64,000 nucleotides of DNA, taken from Eledone cirrhosa. Taxonomy: Eukaryota. Below the pieces are notes generated by a model. That model had not been told where the DNA came from. It saw only the letters and a program-made list of their open reading frames with translations, and ran no database searches. This document shows positions 29,080 to 44,800 of the stretch, in pieces. How positions within the stretch are numbered: position 1 is the stretch's first letter; each line of letters starts with the position of its first letter. The stretch spans positions 317,998,001-318,062,000 of the forward strand of contig OZ024740.1 in the NCBI GenBank assembly GCA_964016885.1. Direction: 5' to 3'. The translations under genes were made by a program, and so were the position numbers.

Positions 29080-32000
29080 TCTCTACCGATTCGAAATCTT
29101 TCTACTACAATACTCACAACAAATAATCCAGGATTGTCTCGTCTATTTCCACAACTTACATTCTATCTAACATTCTAACAACTCCACCAATTCGAAATCT
29201 TTCTACTACAATACTCACAATAAATCATCCAGGATTGTCTCGTCTATTTCCACAACTTACGTTCTATCTGATATTCTAACGACTCTACCAATTCGAAGTC
29301 TTTCTACTACAATACTAACAACAAATAATCCAGGATTGTCTCTTCTATTTCCACAACTTACATTCTATCTAACATTCTAACAACTCCACCAATTCGAAAT
29401 CTTTCTACTACAATACTCACAACAAATCATCCAGGATTGTCTCGTCTATTTCCACAACTTACATTCTATCTGATATTCTAACGACTCTACCAATTCGAAG
29501 TCTTTCTACTACAATACTAACAACAAATAATCCAGGATTGTCTCTTCTATTTCCACAACTTGCATTCTATCTGACATTCTAATGACTCTACCAATTCGAA
29601 GTCTTTCTACTACAATACACACAACAAATAATCCAGGATTGTCTCGTCTATTTCCACAACTTGCATTCTATCTGACATTCTAACGACTCTACCAATTCGC
29701 TGTCTTTCTACTACAATACTCACAACAAATAATCCAGGATTGTCTCGTCTATTTCCACAACTTACATTCTATCTAACATTCTAACGACTCTACCAATTCG
29801 AAGCCTTTTTACTACATTACTCACAACAAATAATTCAGGATTGTCTCGTCTATTTCCACAAATTACATTCTATCTGACATTCTAACGACTCTACCAATTC
29901 GCTGTCTTTCTACTACAATACTCACAACAAATAATCCAGGATTGTCTCGTCTATTTCCACAACTTACATTCTATCTGATATTCTAACGACTCTACCAATT
30001 CGAAGTCTTTCTACTACAATACTCACAACAAATAATCCAGGATTGTCTCGTCTATTTCCACAACTTACATTCTATCTGATATTCTAACGACTCTACCAAT
30101 TCGAAGTCTTTCTACTACAATACTAACAACAAATAATCCAGGATTGTCTCTTCTATTTCCACAACTTACGTTCTATCTGACATTCTAACAACTCTACCAA
30201 TTCGAAATCTTTCTACTACAATACTCACAACAAATAATCCAGGATTGTCTCGTCTATTTCCACAACTTACATTCTATCTGATATTCTAACGACTCTACCA
30301 ATTCGAAGTCTTTCTACTACAATACTAACAACAAATAATCCAGGATTGTCTCGTCTATTTCCACAACTTACGTTCTATCTGACATTCTAACAACTCTACC
30401 AATTCGAAGTCTTTCTACTACAATACTCACAACAAATAATACAGGATTGGCTCGTCTATTTCCACAACTTACATTCTATCTGATATTCTAACGACTCTAC
30501 CAATTCGAAGTCTTTCTACTACAATACTAACAACAAATAATCCAGGATTGGCTCTTCTATTTCCACAAATTGCATTCTATCTGACATTCTAACGACTCTA
30601 CCAATTCGAGATCTTTCTACTACAATACGCACAACAAATAATCCAGGATTGTCTCGTCTATTTCCACAACTTGCATTCTATCTGACATTCTAACGACTCT
30701 ACCAATTCGAAGTCTTTCTACTACAATACTCACAACAAATAATCCAGGATTGTCTCGTCTATTTCCACAACATACATTCTATCTGACATTCTAACGACTC
30801 TACCAATTCGCTGTCTTTCTACTACAATACTCAACAAATAATCCAGGACTGTCTCGTCTATTTCCACAACTTACGTTCTATCTGACATTCTAAAGACTCT
30901 AACAATTCGAAGTCTTTCTACTACAATACTCAGAACAAATAATCCAGGTTTGTCTCGTCTATTTCCACAACTTACATTCTATCTAACATTCTAACGACTC
31001 TACCAATTCGAAGCCTTTTTACTACATTACTCACAACAAATAATCCAGGATTGCCCCGTCTATTTCCACAACTTACATTCTACCTGACATTCTAACGACT
31101 CTACCAATTCGCTGTCTTTCTACTACAATACTCACAACAAATAATCCAGGATTGTCTCGTCTATTTCCACAACTTACATTCTATCTAACATTCTAACAAC
31201 TCCACCAATTCGAAATCTTTCTACTACAACACTCACAACAAATCATCCAGGATTGTCTCGTCTATTTCCACAACTTACATTCTATCTGATATTCTAACGA
31301 CTCTACCAATTCGAAGTCTTTCTACTACAATACTAACAACAAATAATCCAGGATTGTCTCTTCTATTTCCACAACTTACATTCTATCTAACATTCTAACA
31401 ACTCCACCAATTCGAAATCTTTCTACTACAATACTCACAACAAATCATCCATGATTGTCTCGTCTATTTCCACAACTTCCATTCTATCTGATATTCTAAC
31501 GACTCTACCAATTCGAAGTCTTTCTACTACAATACTAACAACAAATAATCCAGGATTGTCTCTTCTATTTCCACAACTTGCATTCTATCTGACATTCTAA
31601 TGACTCTACCAATTCGAAGTCTTTCTACTACAATACTCACAACAAATAATCCAGGATTGTCTCGTCTATTTCCACAACTTGCATTCTATCTGACATTCTA
31701 ACGACTCTACCAATTCGAAGTCTTTCTACTACAATACTCACAACAAATAATCCAGGATTGTCTCGTCTATTTCCACAAATTACATTCTATCTGACATTCT
31801 AACGACTCTACCAATTCGCTGTCTTTCTACTACAATACTCACAACAAATAATCCAGGATTGTCTCGTCTATTTCCACAACTTACATTCTATCTGATATTC
31901 TAACGACTCTACCAATTCGAAGTCTTTCTACTACAATACTCACAACAAATAATCCAGGATTGTCTCGTCTATTTCCACAACTTACATTCTATCTGATATT

Positions 32001-35000
32001 CTAACGACTCTACCAATTCGAAGTCTTTCTACTACAATACTAACAACAAATAATCCAGGATTGTCTCTTCTATTTCCACAACTTACGTTCTATCTGACAT
32101 TCTAACAACTCTACCAATTCGAAATCTTTCTACTACAATACTCACAACAAATAATCCAGGATTGTCTCGTCTATTTCCACAACTTACATTCTATCTGATA
32201 TTCTAACGACTCTACCAATTCGAAGTCTTTCTACTACAATACTAACAACAAATAATCCAGGATTGTCTCGTCTATTTCCACAACTTACGTTCTATCTGAC
32301 ATTCTAACAACTCTACCAATTCGAAGTCTTTCTACTACAATACTCACAACAAATAATCCAGGATTGTCTCGTCTATTTCCACAACTTACATTCTATCTGA
32401 TATTCTAACGACTCTACCAATTCGAAGTCTTTCTACTACAATACTCACAACAAATAATCCAGGATTGTCTCGTCTATTTCCACAACTTACATTCTATCTG
32501 ATATTCTAACGACTCTACCAATTCGAAGTCTTTCTACTACAATACTAACAACAAATAATCCAGGATTGTCTCTTCTATTTCCACAACTTACGTTCTATCT
32601 GACATTCTAACAACTCTACCAATTCGAAATCTTTCTACTACAATACTCACAACAAATAATCCAGGATTGTCTCGTCTATTTCCACAACTTACATTCTATC
32701 TGATATTCTAACGACTCTACCAATTCGAAGTCTTTCTACTACAATACTAACAACAAATAATCCAGGATTGTCTCGTCTATTTCCACAACTTACGTTCTAT
32801 CTGACATTCTAACAACTCTACCAATTCGAAGTCTTTCTACTACAATACTCACAACAAATAATACAGGATTGGCTCGTCTATTTCCACAACTTACATTCTA
32901 TCTGATATTCTAACGACTCTACCAATTCGAAGTCTTTCTACTACAATACTAACAACAAATAATCCAGGATTGTCTCTTCTATTTCCACAAATTGCATTCT
33001 ATCTGACATTCTAACGACTCTACCAATTCGAAGTCTTTCTACTACAATACTAACAACAAATAATCCAGGATTGGCTCTTCTATTTCCACAAATTGCATTC
33101 TATCTGACATTCTAACGACTCTACCAATTCGAAGTCTTTCTACTACAATACTCACAACAAATCATCCAGGATTGTCTCGTCTATTTCCACAACTTACATT
33201 CTATCTGATATTCTAACGACTCTACCAATTCGAAGTCTTTCTACTACAATACTAACAACAAATAATCCAGGATTGGCTCTTCTATTTCCACAAATTGCAT
33301 TCTATCTGACATTCTAACGACTCTACCAATTCGAAGTCTTTCTACTACAATACGCACAACAAATAATCCAGGATTGTCTCGTCTATTTCCACAACTTGCA
33401 TTCTATCTGATATTCTAACGACTCTACCAATTCGAAGTCTTTCTACTACAATACTAACAACAAATAATCCAGGATTGTCTCTTCTATTTCCACAACTTAC
33501 ATTCTATCTAACATTCTAACAACTCCACCAATTCGAAATCTTTCTACTACAATACTCACAACAAATCATCCAGGATTGTCTCGTCTATTTCCACAACTTA
33601 CATTCTATCTGATATTCTAACGACTCTACCAATTCGAAGTCTTTCTACTACAATACTAACAACAAATAATCCAGGATTGGCTCTTCTATTTCCACAAATT
33701 GCATTCTATCTGACATTCTAACGACTCTACCAATTCGAAGTCTTTCTACTACAATACGCACAACAAATAATCCAGGATTGTCTCGTCTATTTCCACAACT
33801 TGCATTCTATCTGACATTCTAACGACTCTACCAATTCGAAGTCTTTCTACTACAATACTCACAACAAATAATCCAGGATTGTCTCTTCTATTTCCACAAC
33901 TTACGTTCTATCTGACATTCTAACAACTCTACCAATTCGAAATCTTTCTACTACAATACTCACAACAAATAATCCAGGATTGTCTCGTCTATTTCCACAA
34001 CTTACATTCTATCTGATATTCTAACGACTCTACCGATTCGAAATCTTTCTACTACAATACTCACAACAAATAATCCAGGATTGTCTCGTCTATTTCCACA
34101 ACTTACATTCTATCTAACATTCTAACAACTCCACCAATTCGAAATCTTTCTACTACAATACTCACAATAAATCATCCAGGATTGTCTCGTCTATTTCCAC
34201 AACTTACGTTCTATCTGATATTCTAACGACTCTACCAATTCGAAGTCTTTCTACTACAATACTAACAACAAATAATCCAGGATTGTCTCTTCTATTTCCA
34301 CAACTTACATTCTATCTAACATTCTAACAACTCCACCAATTCGAAATCTTTCTACTACAATACTCACAACAAATCATCCAGGATTGTCTCGTCTATTTCC
34401 ACAACTTACATTCTATCTGATATTCTAACGACTCTACCAATTCGAAGTCTTTCTACTACAATACTAACAACAAATAATCCAGGATTGTCTCTTCTATTTC
34501 CACAACTTGCATTCTATCTGACATTCTAACGACTCTACCAATTCGCTGTCTTTCTACTACAATACTCACAACAAATAATCCAGGATTGTCTCGTCTATTT
34601 CCACAACTTACATTCTATCTAACATTCTAACGACTCTACCAATTCGAAGCCTTTTTACTACATTACTCACAACAAATAATTCAGGATTGTCTCGTCTATT
34701 TCCACAAATTACATTCTATCTGACATTCTAACGACTCTACCAATTCGCTGTCTTTCTACTACAATACTCACAACAAATAATCCAGGATTGTCTCGTCTAT
34801 TTCCACAACTTACATTCTATCTGATATTCTAACGACTCTACCAATTCGAAGTCTTTCTACTACAATACTCACAACAAATAATCCAGGATTGTCTCGTCTA
34901 TTTCCACAACTTACATTCTATCTGATATTCTAACGACTCTACCAATTCGAAGTCTTTCTACTACAATACTAACAACAAATAATCCAGGATTGTCTCTTCT

Positions 35001-38000
35001 ATTTCCACAACTTACGTTCTATCTGACATTCTAACAACTCTACCAATTCGAAATCTTTCTACTACAATACTCACAACAAATAATCCAGGATTGTCTCGTC
35101 TATTTCCACAACTTACATTCTATCTGATATTCTAACGACTCTACCAATTCGAAGTCTTTCTACTACAATACTAACAACAAATAATCCAGGATTGTCTCGT
35201 CTATTTCCACAACTTACGTTCTATCTGACATTCTAACAACTCTACCAATTCGAAGTCTTTCTACTACAATACTCACAACAAATAATACAGGATTGGCTCT
35301 TCTATTTCCACAACTTACATTCTATCTGATATTCTAACGACTCTACCAATTCGAAGTCTTTCTACTACAATACTAACAACAAATAATCCAGGATTGGCTC
35401 TTCTATTTCCACAAATTGCATTCTATCTGACATTCTAACGACTCTACCAATTCGAGATCTTTCTACTACAATACGCACAACAAATAATCCAGGATTGTCT
35501 CGTCTATTTCCACAACTTGCATTCTATCTGACATTCTAACGACTCTACCAATTCGAAGTCTTTCTACTACAATACTCACAACAAATAATCCAGGATTGTC
35601 TCGTCTATTTCCACAACATACATTCTATCTGACATTCTAACGACTCTACCAATTCGCTGTCTTTCTACTACAATACTCAACAAATAATCCAGGACTGTCT
35701 CGTCTATTTCCACAACTTACGTTCTATCTGACATTCTAAAGACTCTAACAATTCGAAGTCTTTCTACTACAATACTCAGAACAAATAATCCAGGTTTGTC
35801 TCGTCTATTTCCACAACTTACATTCTATCTAACATTCTAACGACTCTACCAATTCGAAGCCTTTTTACTACATTACTCACAACAAATAATCCAGGATTGC
35901 CCCGTCTATTTCCACAACTTACATTCTACCTGACATTCTAACGACTCTACCAATTCGCTGTCTTTCTACTACAATACTCACAACAAATAATCCAGGATTG
36001 TCTCGTCTATTTCCACAACTTACATTCTATCTAACATTCTAACAACTCCACCAATTCGAAATCTTTCTACTACAACACTCACAACAAATCATCCAGGATT
36101 GTCTCGTCTATTTCCACAACTTACATTCTATCTGATATTCTAACGACTCTACCAATTCGAAGTCTTTCTACTACAATACTAACAACAAATAATCCAGGAT
36201 TGTCTCTTCTATTTCCACAACTTACATTCTATCTAACATTCTAACAACTCCACCAATTCGAAATCTTTCTACTACAATACTCACAACAAATCATCCATGA
36301 TTGTCTCGTCTATTTCCACAACTTCCATTCTATCTGATATTCTAACGACTCTACCAATTCGAAGTCTTTCTACTACAATACTAACAACAAATAATCCAGG
36401 ATTGTCTCTTCTATTTCCACAACTTGCATTCTATCTGACATTCTAATGACTCTACCAATTCGAAGTCTTTCTACTACAATACTCACAACAAATAATCCAG
36501 GATTGTCTCGTCTATTTCCACAACTTGCATTCTATCTGACATTCTAACGACTCTACCAATTCGAAGTCTTTCTACTACAATACTCACAACAAATAATCCA
36601 GGATTGTCTCGTCTATTTCCACAAATTACATTCTATCTGACATTCTAACGACTCTACCAATTCGCTGTCTTTCTACTACAATACTCACAACAAATAATCC
36701 AGGATTGTCTCGTCTATTTCCACAACTTACATTCTATCTGATATTCTAACGACTCTACCAATTCGAAGTCTTTCTACTACAATACTCACAACAAATAATC
36801 CAGGATTGTCTCGTCTATTTCCACAACTTACATTCTATCTGATATTCTAACGACTCTACCAATTCGAAGTCTTTCTACTACAATACTAACAACAAATAAT
36901 CCAGGATTGTCTCTTCTATTTCCACAACTTACGTTCTATCTGACATTCTAACAACTCTACCAATTCGAAATCTTTCTACTACAATACTCACAACAAATAA
37001 TCCAGGATTGTCTCGTCTATTTCCACAACTTACATTCTATCTGATATTCTAACGACTCTACCAATTCGAAGTCTTTCTACTACAATACTAACAACAAATA
37101 ATCCAGGATTGTCTCGTCTATTTCCACAACTTACGTTCTATCTGACATTCTAACAACTCTACCAATTCGAAGTCTTTCTACTACAATACTCACAACAAAT
37201 AATCCAGGATTGTCTCGTCTATTTCCACAACTTACATTCTATCTGATATTCTAACGACTCTACCAATTTGAAGTCTTTCTACTACAATACTCACAACAAA
37301 TAATCCAGGATTGTCTCGTCTATTTCCACAACTTACATTCTATCTGATATTCTAACGACTCTACCAATTCGAAGTCTTTCTACTACAATACTAACAACAA
37401 ATAATCCAGGATTGTCTCTTCTATTTCCACAACTTACGTTCTATCTGACATTCTAACAACTCTACCAATTCGAAATCTTTCTACTACAATACTCACAACA
37501 AATAATCCAGGATTGTCTCGTCTATTTCCACAACTTACATTCTATCTGATATTCTAACGACTCTACCAATTCGAAGTCTTTCTACTACAATACTAACAAC
37601 AAATAATCCAGGATTGTCTCGTCTATTTCCACAACTTACGTTCTATCTGACATTCTAACAACTCTACCAATTCGAAGTCTTTCTACTACAATACTCACAA
37701 CAAATAATACAGGATTGGCTCGTCTATTTCCACAACTTACATTCTATCTGATATTCTAACGACTCTACCAATTCGAAGTCTTTCTACTACAATACTAACA
37801 ACAAATAATCCAGGATTGTCTCTTCTATTTCCACAAATTGCATTCTATCTGACATTCTAACGACTCTACCAATTCGAAGTCTTTCTACTACAATACTAAC
37901 AACAAATAATCCAGGATTGGCTCTTCTATTTCCACAAATTGCATTCTATCTGACATTCTAACGACTCTACCAATTCGAAGTCTTTCTACTACAATACTCA

Positions 38001-38880
38001 CAACAAATCATCCAGGATTGTCTCGTCTATTTCCACAACTTACATTCTATCTGATATTCTAACGACTCTACCAATTCGAAGTCTTTCTACTACAATACTA
38101 ACAACAAATAATCCAGGATTGGCTCTTCTATTTCCACAAATTGCATTCTATCTGACATTCTAACGACTCTACCAATTCGAAGTCTTTCTACTACAATACG
38201 CACAACAAATAATCCAGGATTGTCTCGTCTATTTCCACAACTTGCATTCTATCTGATATTCTAACGACTCTACCAATTCGAAGTCTTTCTACTACAATAC
38301 TAACAACAAATAATCCAGGATTGTCTCTTCTATTTCCACAACTTACATTCTATCTAACATTCTAACAACTCCACCAATTCGAAATCTTTCTACTACAATA
38401 CTCACAACAAATCATCCAGGATTGTCTCGTCTATTTCCACAACTTACATTCTATCTGATATTCTAACGACTCTACCAATTCGAAGTCTTTCTACTACAAT
38501 ACTAACAACAAATAATCCAGGATTGGCTCTTCTATTTCCACAAATTGCATTCTATCTGACATTCTAACGACTCTACCAATTCGAAGTCTTTCTACTACAA
38601 TACGCACAACAAATAATCCAGGATTGTCTCGTCTATTTCCACAACTTGCATTCTATCTGACATTCTAACGACTCTACCAATTCGAAGTCTTTCTACTACA
38701 ATACTCACAACAAATAATCCAGGATTGTCTCTTCTATTTCCACAACTTACGTTCTATCTGACATTCTAACAACTCTACCAATTCGAAATCTTTCTACTAC
38801 AATACTCACAACAAATAATCCAGGATTGTCTCGTCTATTTCCACAACTTACATTCTATCTGATATTCTAACGACTCTACC
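29080..38880. repeat. Tandem duplication with a 48-monomer (4846 bp) offset
   Basis: TTCGAGATC at 30610/35456 and CATCCATGA at 31452/36298 (both 4846 = 47x101 + 99); ACCGATT at 29088/34035 (4947, one more monomer). Confidence 0.92.
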
Positions 38881-41800
38881 AATTCGCTGTCTTTCTACTA
38901 CAATACTCACAACAAATAATCCAGGATTGTCTCGTCTATTTCCACAACTTACATTCTATCTGATATTCTAACGACTCTACCAATTCGAAGTCTGTCTACT
39001 ACAATACTCACAACAAATAATCCAGGATTGTCTCGTCTATTTCCACAACTTACATTCTATCTGATATTCTAACGACTCTACCAATTCGAAGTCTTTCTAC
39101 TACAATACTAACAACAAATAATCCAGGAATGTCTCTTCTATTTCCACAACTTACATTCTATCTGACATTCTAACATCTCTACCGATTCGAAATCTTTCTA
39201 CTACAATACTCACAACAAATAATCCAGGATTGTCTCGTCTATTTCCACAACTTACATTCTATCTAACATTCTAACAACTCCACCAATTCGAAATCTTTCT
39301 ACTACAATACTCACAATAAATCATCCAGGATTGTCTCGTCTATTTCCACAACTTACGTTCTATCTGATATTCTAACGACTCTACCAATTCGAAGTCTTTC
39401 TACTACAATACTAACAACAAATAATCCAGGATTGTCTCTTCTATTTCCACAACTTACATTCTATCTAACATTCTAACAACTCCACCAATTCGAAATCTTT
39501 CTACTACAATACTCACAACAAATCATCCAGGATTGTCTCGTCTATTTCCACAACTTACATTCTATCTGATATTCTAACGACTCTACCAATTCGAAGTCTT
39601 TCTACTACAATACTAACAACAAATAATCCAGGATTGTCTCTTCTATTTCCACAACTTGCATTCTATCTGACATTCTAATGACTCTACCAATTCGAAGTCT
39701 TTCTACTACAATACACACAACAAATAATCCAGGATTGTCTCGTCTATTTCCACAACTTGCATTCTATCTGACATTCTAACGACTCTACCAATTCGAAGTC
39801 TTTCTACTACAATACTCACAACAAATAATCCAGGATTGTCTCGTCTATTTCCACAAATTACATTCTATCTGACATTCTAACGACTCTACCAATTCGCTGT
39901 CTTTCTACTACAATACTCATAACAAATAATCCAGGATTGTCTCGTCTATTTCCACAACTTACATTCTATCTAACATTCTAACGACTCTACCAATTCGAAG
40001 CCTTTTTACTACATTACTCACAACAAATAATCCAGGATTGTCTCGTCTATTTCCACAAATTACATTCTATCTGACATTCTAACGACTCTACCAATTCGCT
40101 GTCTTTCTACTACAATACTCACAACAAATAATCCAGGATTGTCTCGTCTATTTCCACAACTTACATTCTATCTGATATTCTAACGACTCTACCAATTCGA
40201 AGTCTTTCTACTACAATACTCACAACAAATAATCCAGGATTGTCTCTTCTATTTCCACAACTTACGTTCTATCTGACATTCTAACAACTCTACCAATTCG
40301 AAATCTTTCTACTACAATACTCACAACAAATAATCCAGGATTGTCTCGTCTATTTCCACAACTTACATTCTATCTGATATTCTAACGACTCTACCAATTC
40401 GAAGTCTTTCTACTACAATACTAACAACAAATAATCCAGGATTGTCTCGTCTATTTCCACAACTTACGTTCTATCTGACATTCTAACAACTCTACCAATT
40501 CGAAGTCTTTCTACTACAATACTCACAACAAATAATACAGGATTGGCTCGTCTATTTCCACAACTTACATTCTATCTGATATTCTAACGACTCTACCAAT
40601 TCGAAGTCTTTCTACTACAATACTAACAACAAATAATCCAGGATTGTCTCTTCTATTTCCACAACTTACATTCTATCTAACATTCTAACAACTCCACCAA
40701 TTCGAAATCTTTCTACTACAATACTCACAACAAATCATCCAGGATTGTCTCGTCTATTTCCACAACTTACATTCTATCTGATATTCTAACGACTCTACCA
40801 ATTCGAAGTCTTTCTACTACAATACTAACAACAAATAATCCAGGATTGGCTCTTCTATTTCCACAAATTGCATTCTATCTGACATTCTAACGACTCTACC
40901 AATTCGAAGTCTTTCTACTACAATACGCACAACAAATAATCCAGGATTGTCTCGTCTATTTCCACAACTTGCATTCTATCTGACATTCTAACGACTCTAC
41001 CAATTCGAAGTCTTTCTACTACAATACTCACAACAAATAATCCAGGATTGTCTCTTCTATTTCCACAACTTACGTTCTATCTGACATTCTAACAACTCTA
41101 CCAATTCGAAATCTTTCTACTACAATACTAACAACAAATAATCCAGGATTGTCTCTTCTATTTCCACAACTTACGTTCTATCTGACATTCTAACAACTCT
41201 ACCAATTCGAAATCTTTCTACTACAATACTCACAACAAATAATCCAGGATTGTCTCGTCTATTTCCACAACTTACATTCTATCTGATATTCTAACGACTC
41301 TACCAATTCGAAGTCTTTCTACTACAATACTAACAACAAATAATCCAGGATTGTCTCGTCTATTTCCACAACTTACGTTCTATCTGACATTCTAACAACT
41401 CTACCAATTCGAAGTCTTTCTACTACAATACTCACAACAAATAATACAGGATTGGCTCGTCTATTTCCACAACTTACATTCTATCTGATATTCTAACGAC
41501 TCTACCAATTCGAAGTCTTTCTACTACAATACTAACAACAAATAATCCAGGATTGTCTCTTCTATTTCCACAACTTACATTCTATCTAACATTCTAACAA
41601 CTCCACCAATTCGAAATCTTTCTACTACAATACTCACAACAAATCATCCAGGATTGTCTCGTCTATTTCCACAACTTACATTCTATCTGATATTCTAACG
41701 ACTCTACCAATTCGAAGTCTTTCTACTACAATACTAACAACAAATAATCCAGGATTGGCTCTTCTATTTCCACAAATTGCATTCTATCTGACATTCTAAC

Positions 41801-44800
41801 GACTCTACCAATTCGAAGTCTTTCTACTACAATACGCACAACAAATAATCCAGGATTGTCTCGTCTATTTCCACAACTTGCATTCTATCTGACATTCTAA
41901 CGACTCTACCAATTCGAAGTCTTTCTACTACAATACTCACAACAAATAATCCAGGATTGTCTCTTCTATTTCCACAACTTACATTCTATCTAACATTCTA
42001 ACAACTCCACCAATTCGAAATCTTTCTACTACAATACTCACAACAAATCATCCATGATTGTCTCGTCTATTTCCACAACTTCCATTCTATCTGATATTCT
42101 AACGACTCTACCAATTCGAAGTCTTTCTACTACAATACTAACAACAAATAATCCAGGATTGTCTCTTCTATTTCCACAACTTGCATTCTATCTGACATTC
42201 TAATGACTCTACCAATTCGAAGTCTTTCTACTACAATACTCACAACAAATAATCCAGGATTGTCTCGTCTATTTCCACAACTTGCATTCTATCTGACATT
42301 CTAACGACTCTACCAATTCGAAGTCTTTCTACTACAATACTCACAACAAATAATCCAGGATTGTCTCGTCTATTTCCACAAATTACATTCTATCTGACAT
42401 TCTAACGACTCTACCAATTCGCTGTCTTTCTACTACAATACTCACAACAAATAATCCAGGATTGTCTCGTCTATTTCCACAACTTACATTCTATCTGATA
42501 TTCTAACGACTCTACCAATTCGAAGTCTTTCTACTACAATACTCACAACAAATAATCCAGGATTGTCTCGTCTATTTCCACAACTTACATTCTATCTGAT
42601 ATTCTAACGACTCTACCAATTCGAAGTCTTTCTACTACAATACTAACAACAAATAATCCAGGATTGTCTCTTCTATTTCCACAACTTACGTTCTATCTGA
42701 CATTCTAACAACTCTACCAATTCGAAATCTTTCTACTACAATACTCACAACAAATAATCCAGGATTGTCTCGTCTATTTCCACAACTTACATTCTATCTG
42801 ATATTCTAACGACTCTACCAATTCGAAGTCTTTCTACTACAATACTAACAACAAATAATCCAGGATTGTCTCGTCTATTTCCACAACTTACGTTCTATCT
42901 GACATTCTAACAACTCTACCAATTCGAAGTCTTTCTACTACAATACTCACAACAAATAATCCAGGATTGTCTCGTCTATTTCCACAACTTACATTCTATC
43001 TGATATTCTAACGACTCTACCAATTCGAAGTCTTTCTACTACAATACTCACAACAAATAATCCAGGATTGTCTCGTCTATTTCCACAACTTACATTCTAT
43101 CTGATATTCTAACGACTCTACCAATTCGAAGTCTTTCTACTACAATACTAACAACAAATAATCCAGGATTGTCTCTTCTATTTCCACAACTTACGTTCTA
43201 TCTGACATTCTAACAACTCTACCAATTCGAAATCTTTCTACTACAATACTCACAACAAATAATCCAGGATTGTCTCGTCTATTTCCACAACTTACATTCT
43301 ATCTGATATTCTAACGACTCTACCAATTCGAAGTCTTTCTACTACAATACTAACAACAAATAATCCAGGATTGTCTCGTCTATTTCCACAACTTACGTTC
43401 TATCTGACATTCTAACAACTCTACCAATTCGAAGTCTTTCTACTACAATACTCACAACAAATAATACAGGATTGGCTCGTCTATTTCCACAACTTACATT
43501 CTATCTGATATTCTAACGACTCTACCAATTCGAAGTCTTTCTACTACAATACTAACAACAAATAATCCAGGATTGTCTCTTCTATTTCCACAAATTGCAT
43601 TCTATCTGACATTCTAACGACTCTACCAATTCGAAGTCTTTCTACTACAATACTAACAACAAATAATCCAGGATTGGCTCTTCTATTTCCACAAATTGCA
43701 TTCTATCTGACATTCTAACGACTCTACCAATTCGAAGTCTTTCTACTACAATACTCACAACAAATCATCCAGGATTGTCTCGTCTATTTCCACAACTTAC
43801 ATTCTATCTGATATTCTAACGACTCTACCAATTCGAAGTCTTTCTACTACAATACTAACAACAAATAATCCAGGATTGGCTCTTCTATTTCCACAAATTG
43901 CATTCTATCTGACATTCTAACGACTCTACCAATTCGAAGTCTTTCTACTACAATACGCACAACAAATAATCCAGGATTGTCTCGTCTATTTCCACAACTT
44001 GCATTCTATCTGATATTCTAACGACTCTACCAATTCGAAGTCTTTCTACTACAATACTAACAACAAATAATCCAGGATTGTCTCTTCTATTTCCACAACT
44101 TACATTCTATCTAACATTCTAACAACTCCACCAATTCGAAATCTTTCTACTACAATACTCACAACAAATCATCCAGGATTGTCTCGTCTATTTCCACAAC
44201 TTACATTCTATCTGATATTCTAACGACTCTACCAATTCGAAGTCTTTCTACTACAATACTAACAACAAATAATCCAGGATTGGCTCTTCTATTTCCACAA
44301 ATTGCATTCTATCTGACATTCTAACGACTCTACCAATTCGAAGTCTTTCTACTACAATACGCACAACAAATAATCCAGGATTGTCTCGTCTATTTCCACA
44401 ACTTGCATTCTATCTGACATTCTAACGACTCTACCAATTCGAAGTCTTTCTACTACAATACTCACAACAAATAATCCAGGATTGTCTCTTCTATTTCCAC
44501 AACTTACGTTCTATCTGACATTCTAACAACTCTACCAATTCGAAATCTTTCTACTACAATACTCACAACAAATAATCCAGGATTGTCTCGTCTATTTCCA
44601 CAACTTACATTCTATCTGATATTCTAACGACTCTACCAATTCGCTGTCTTTCTACTACAATACTCACAACAAATAATCCAGGATTGTCTCGTCTATTTCC
44701 ACAACTTACATTCTATCTGATATTCTAACGACTCTACCAATTCGAAGTCTGTCTACTACAATACTCACAACAAATAATCCAGGATTGTCTCGTCTATTTC

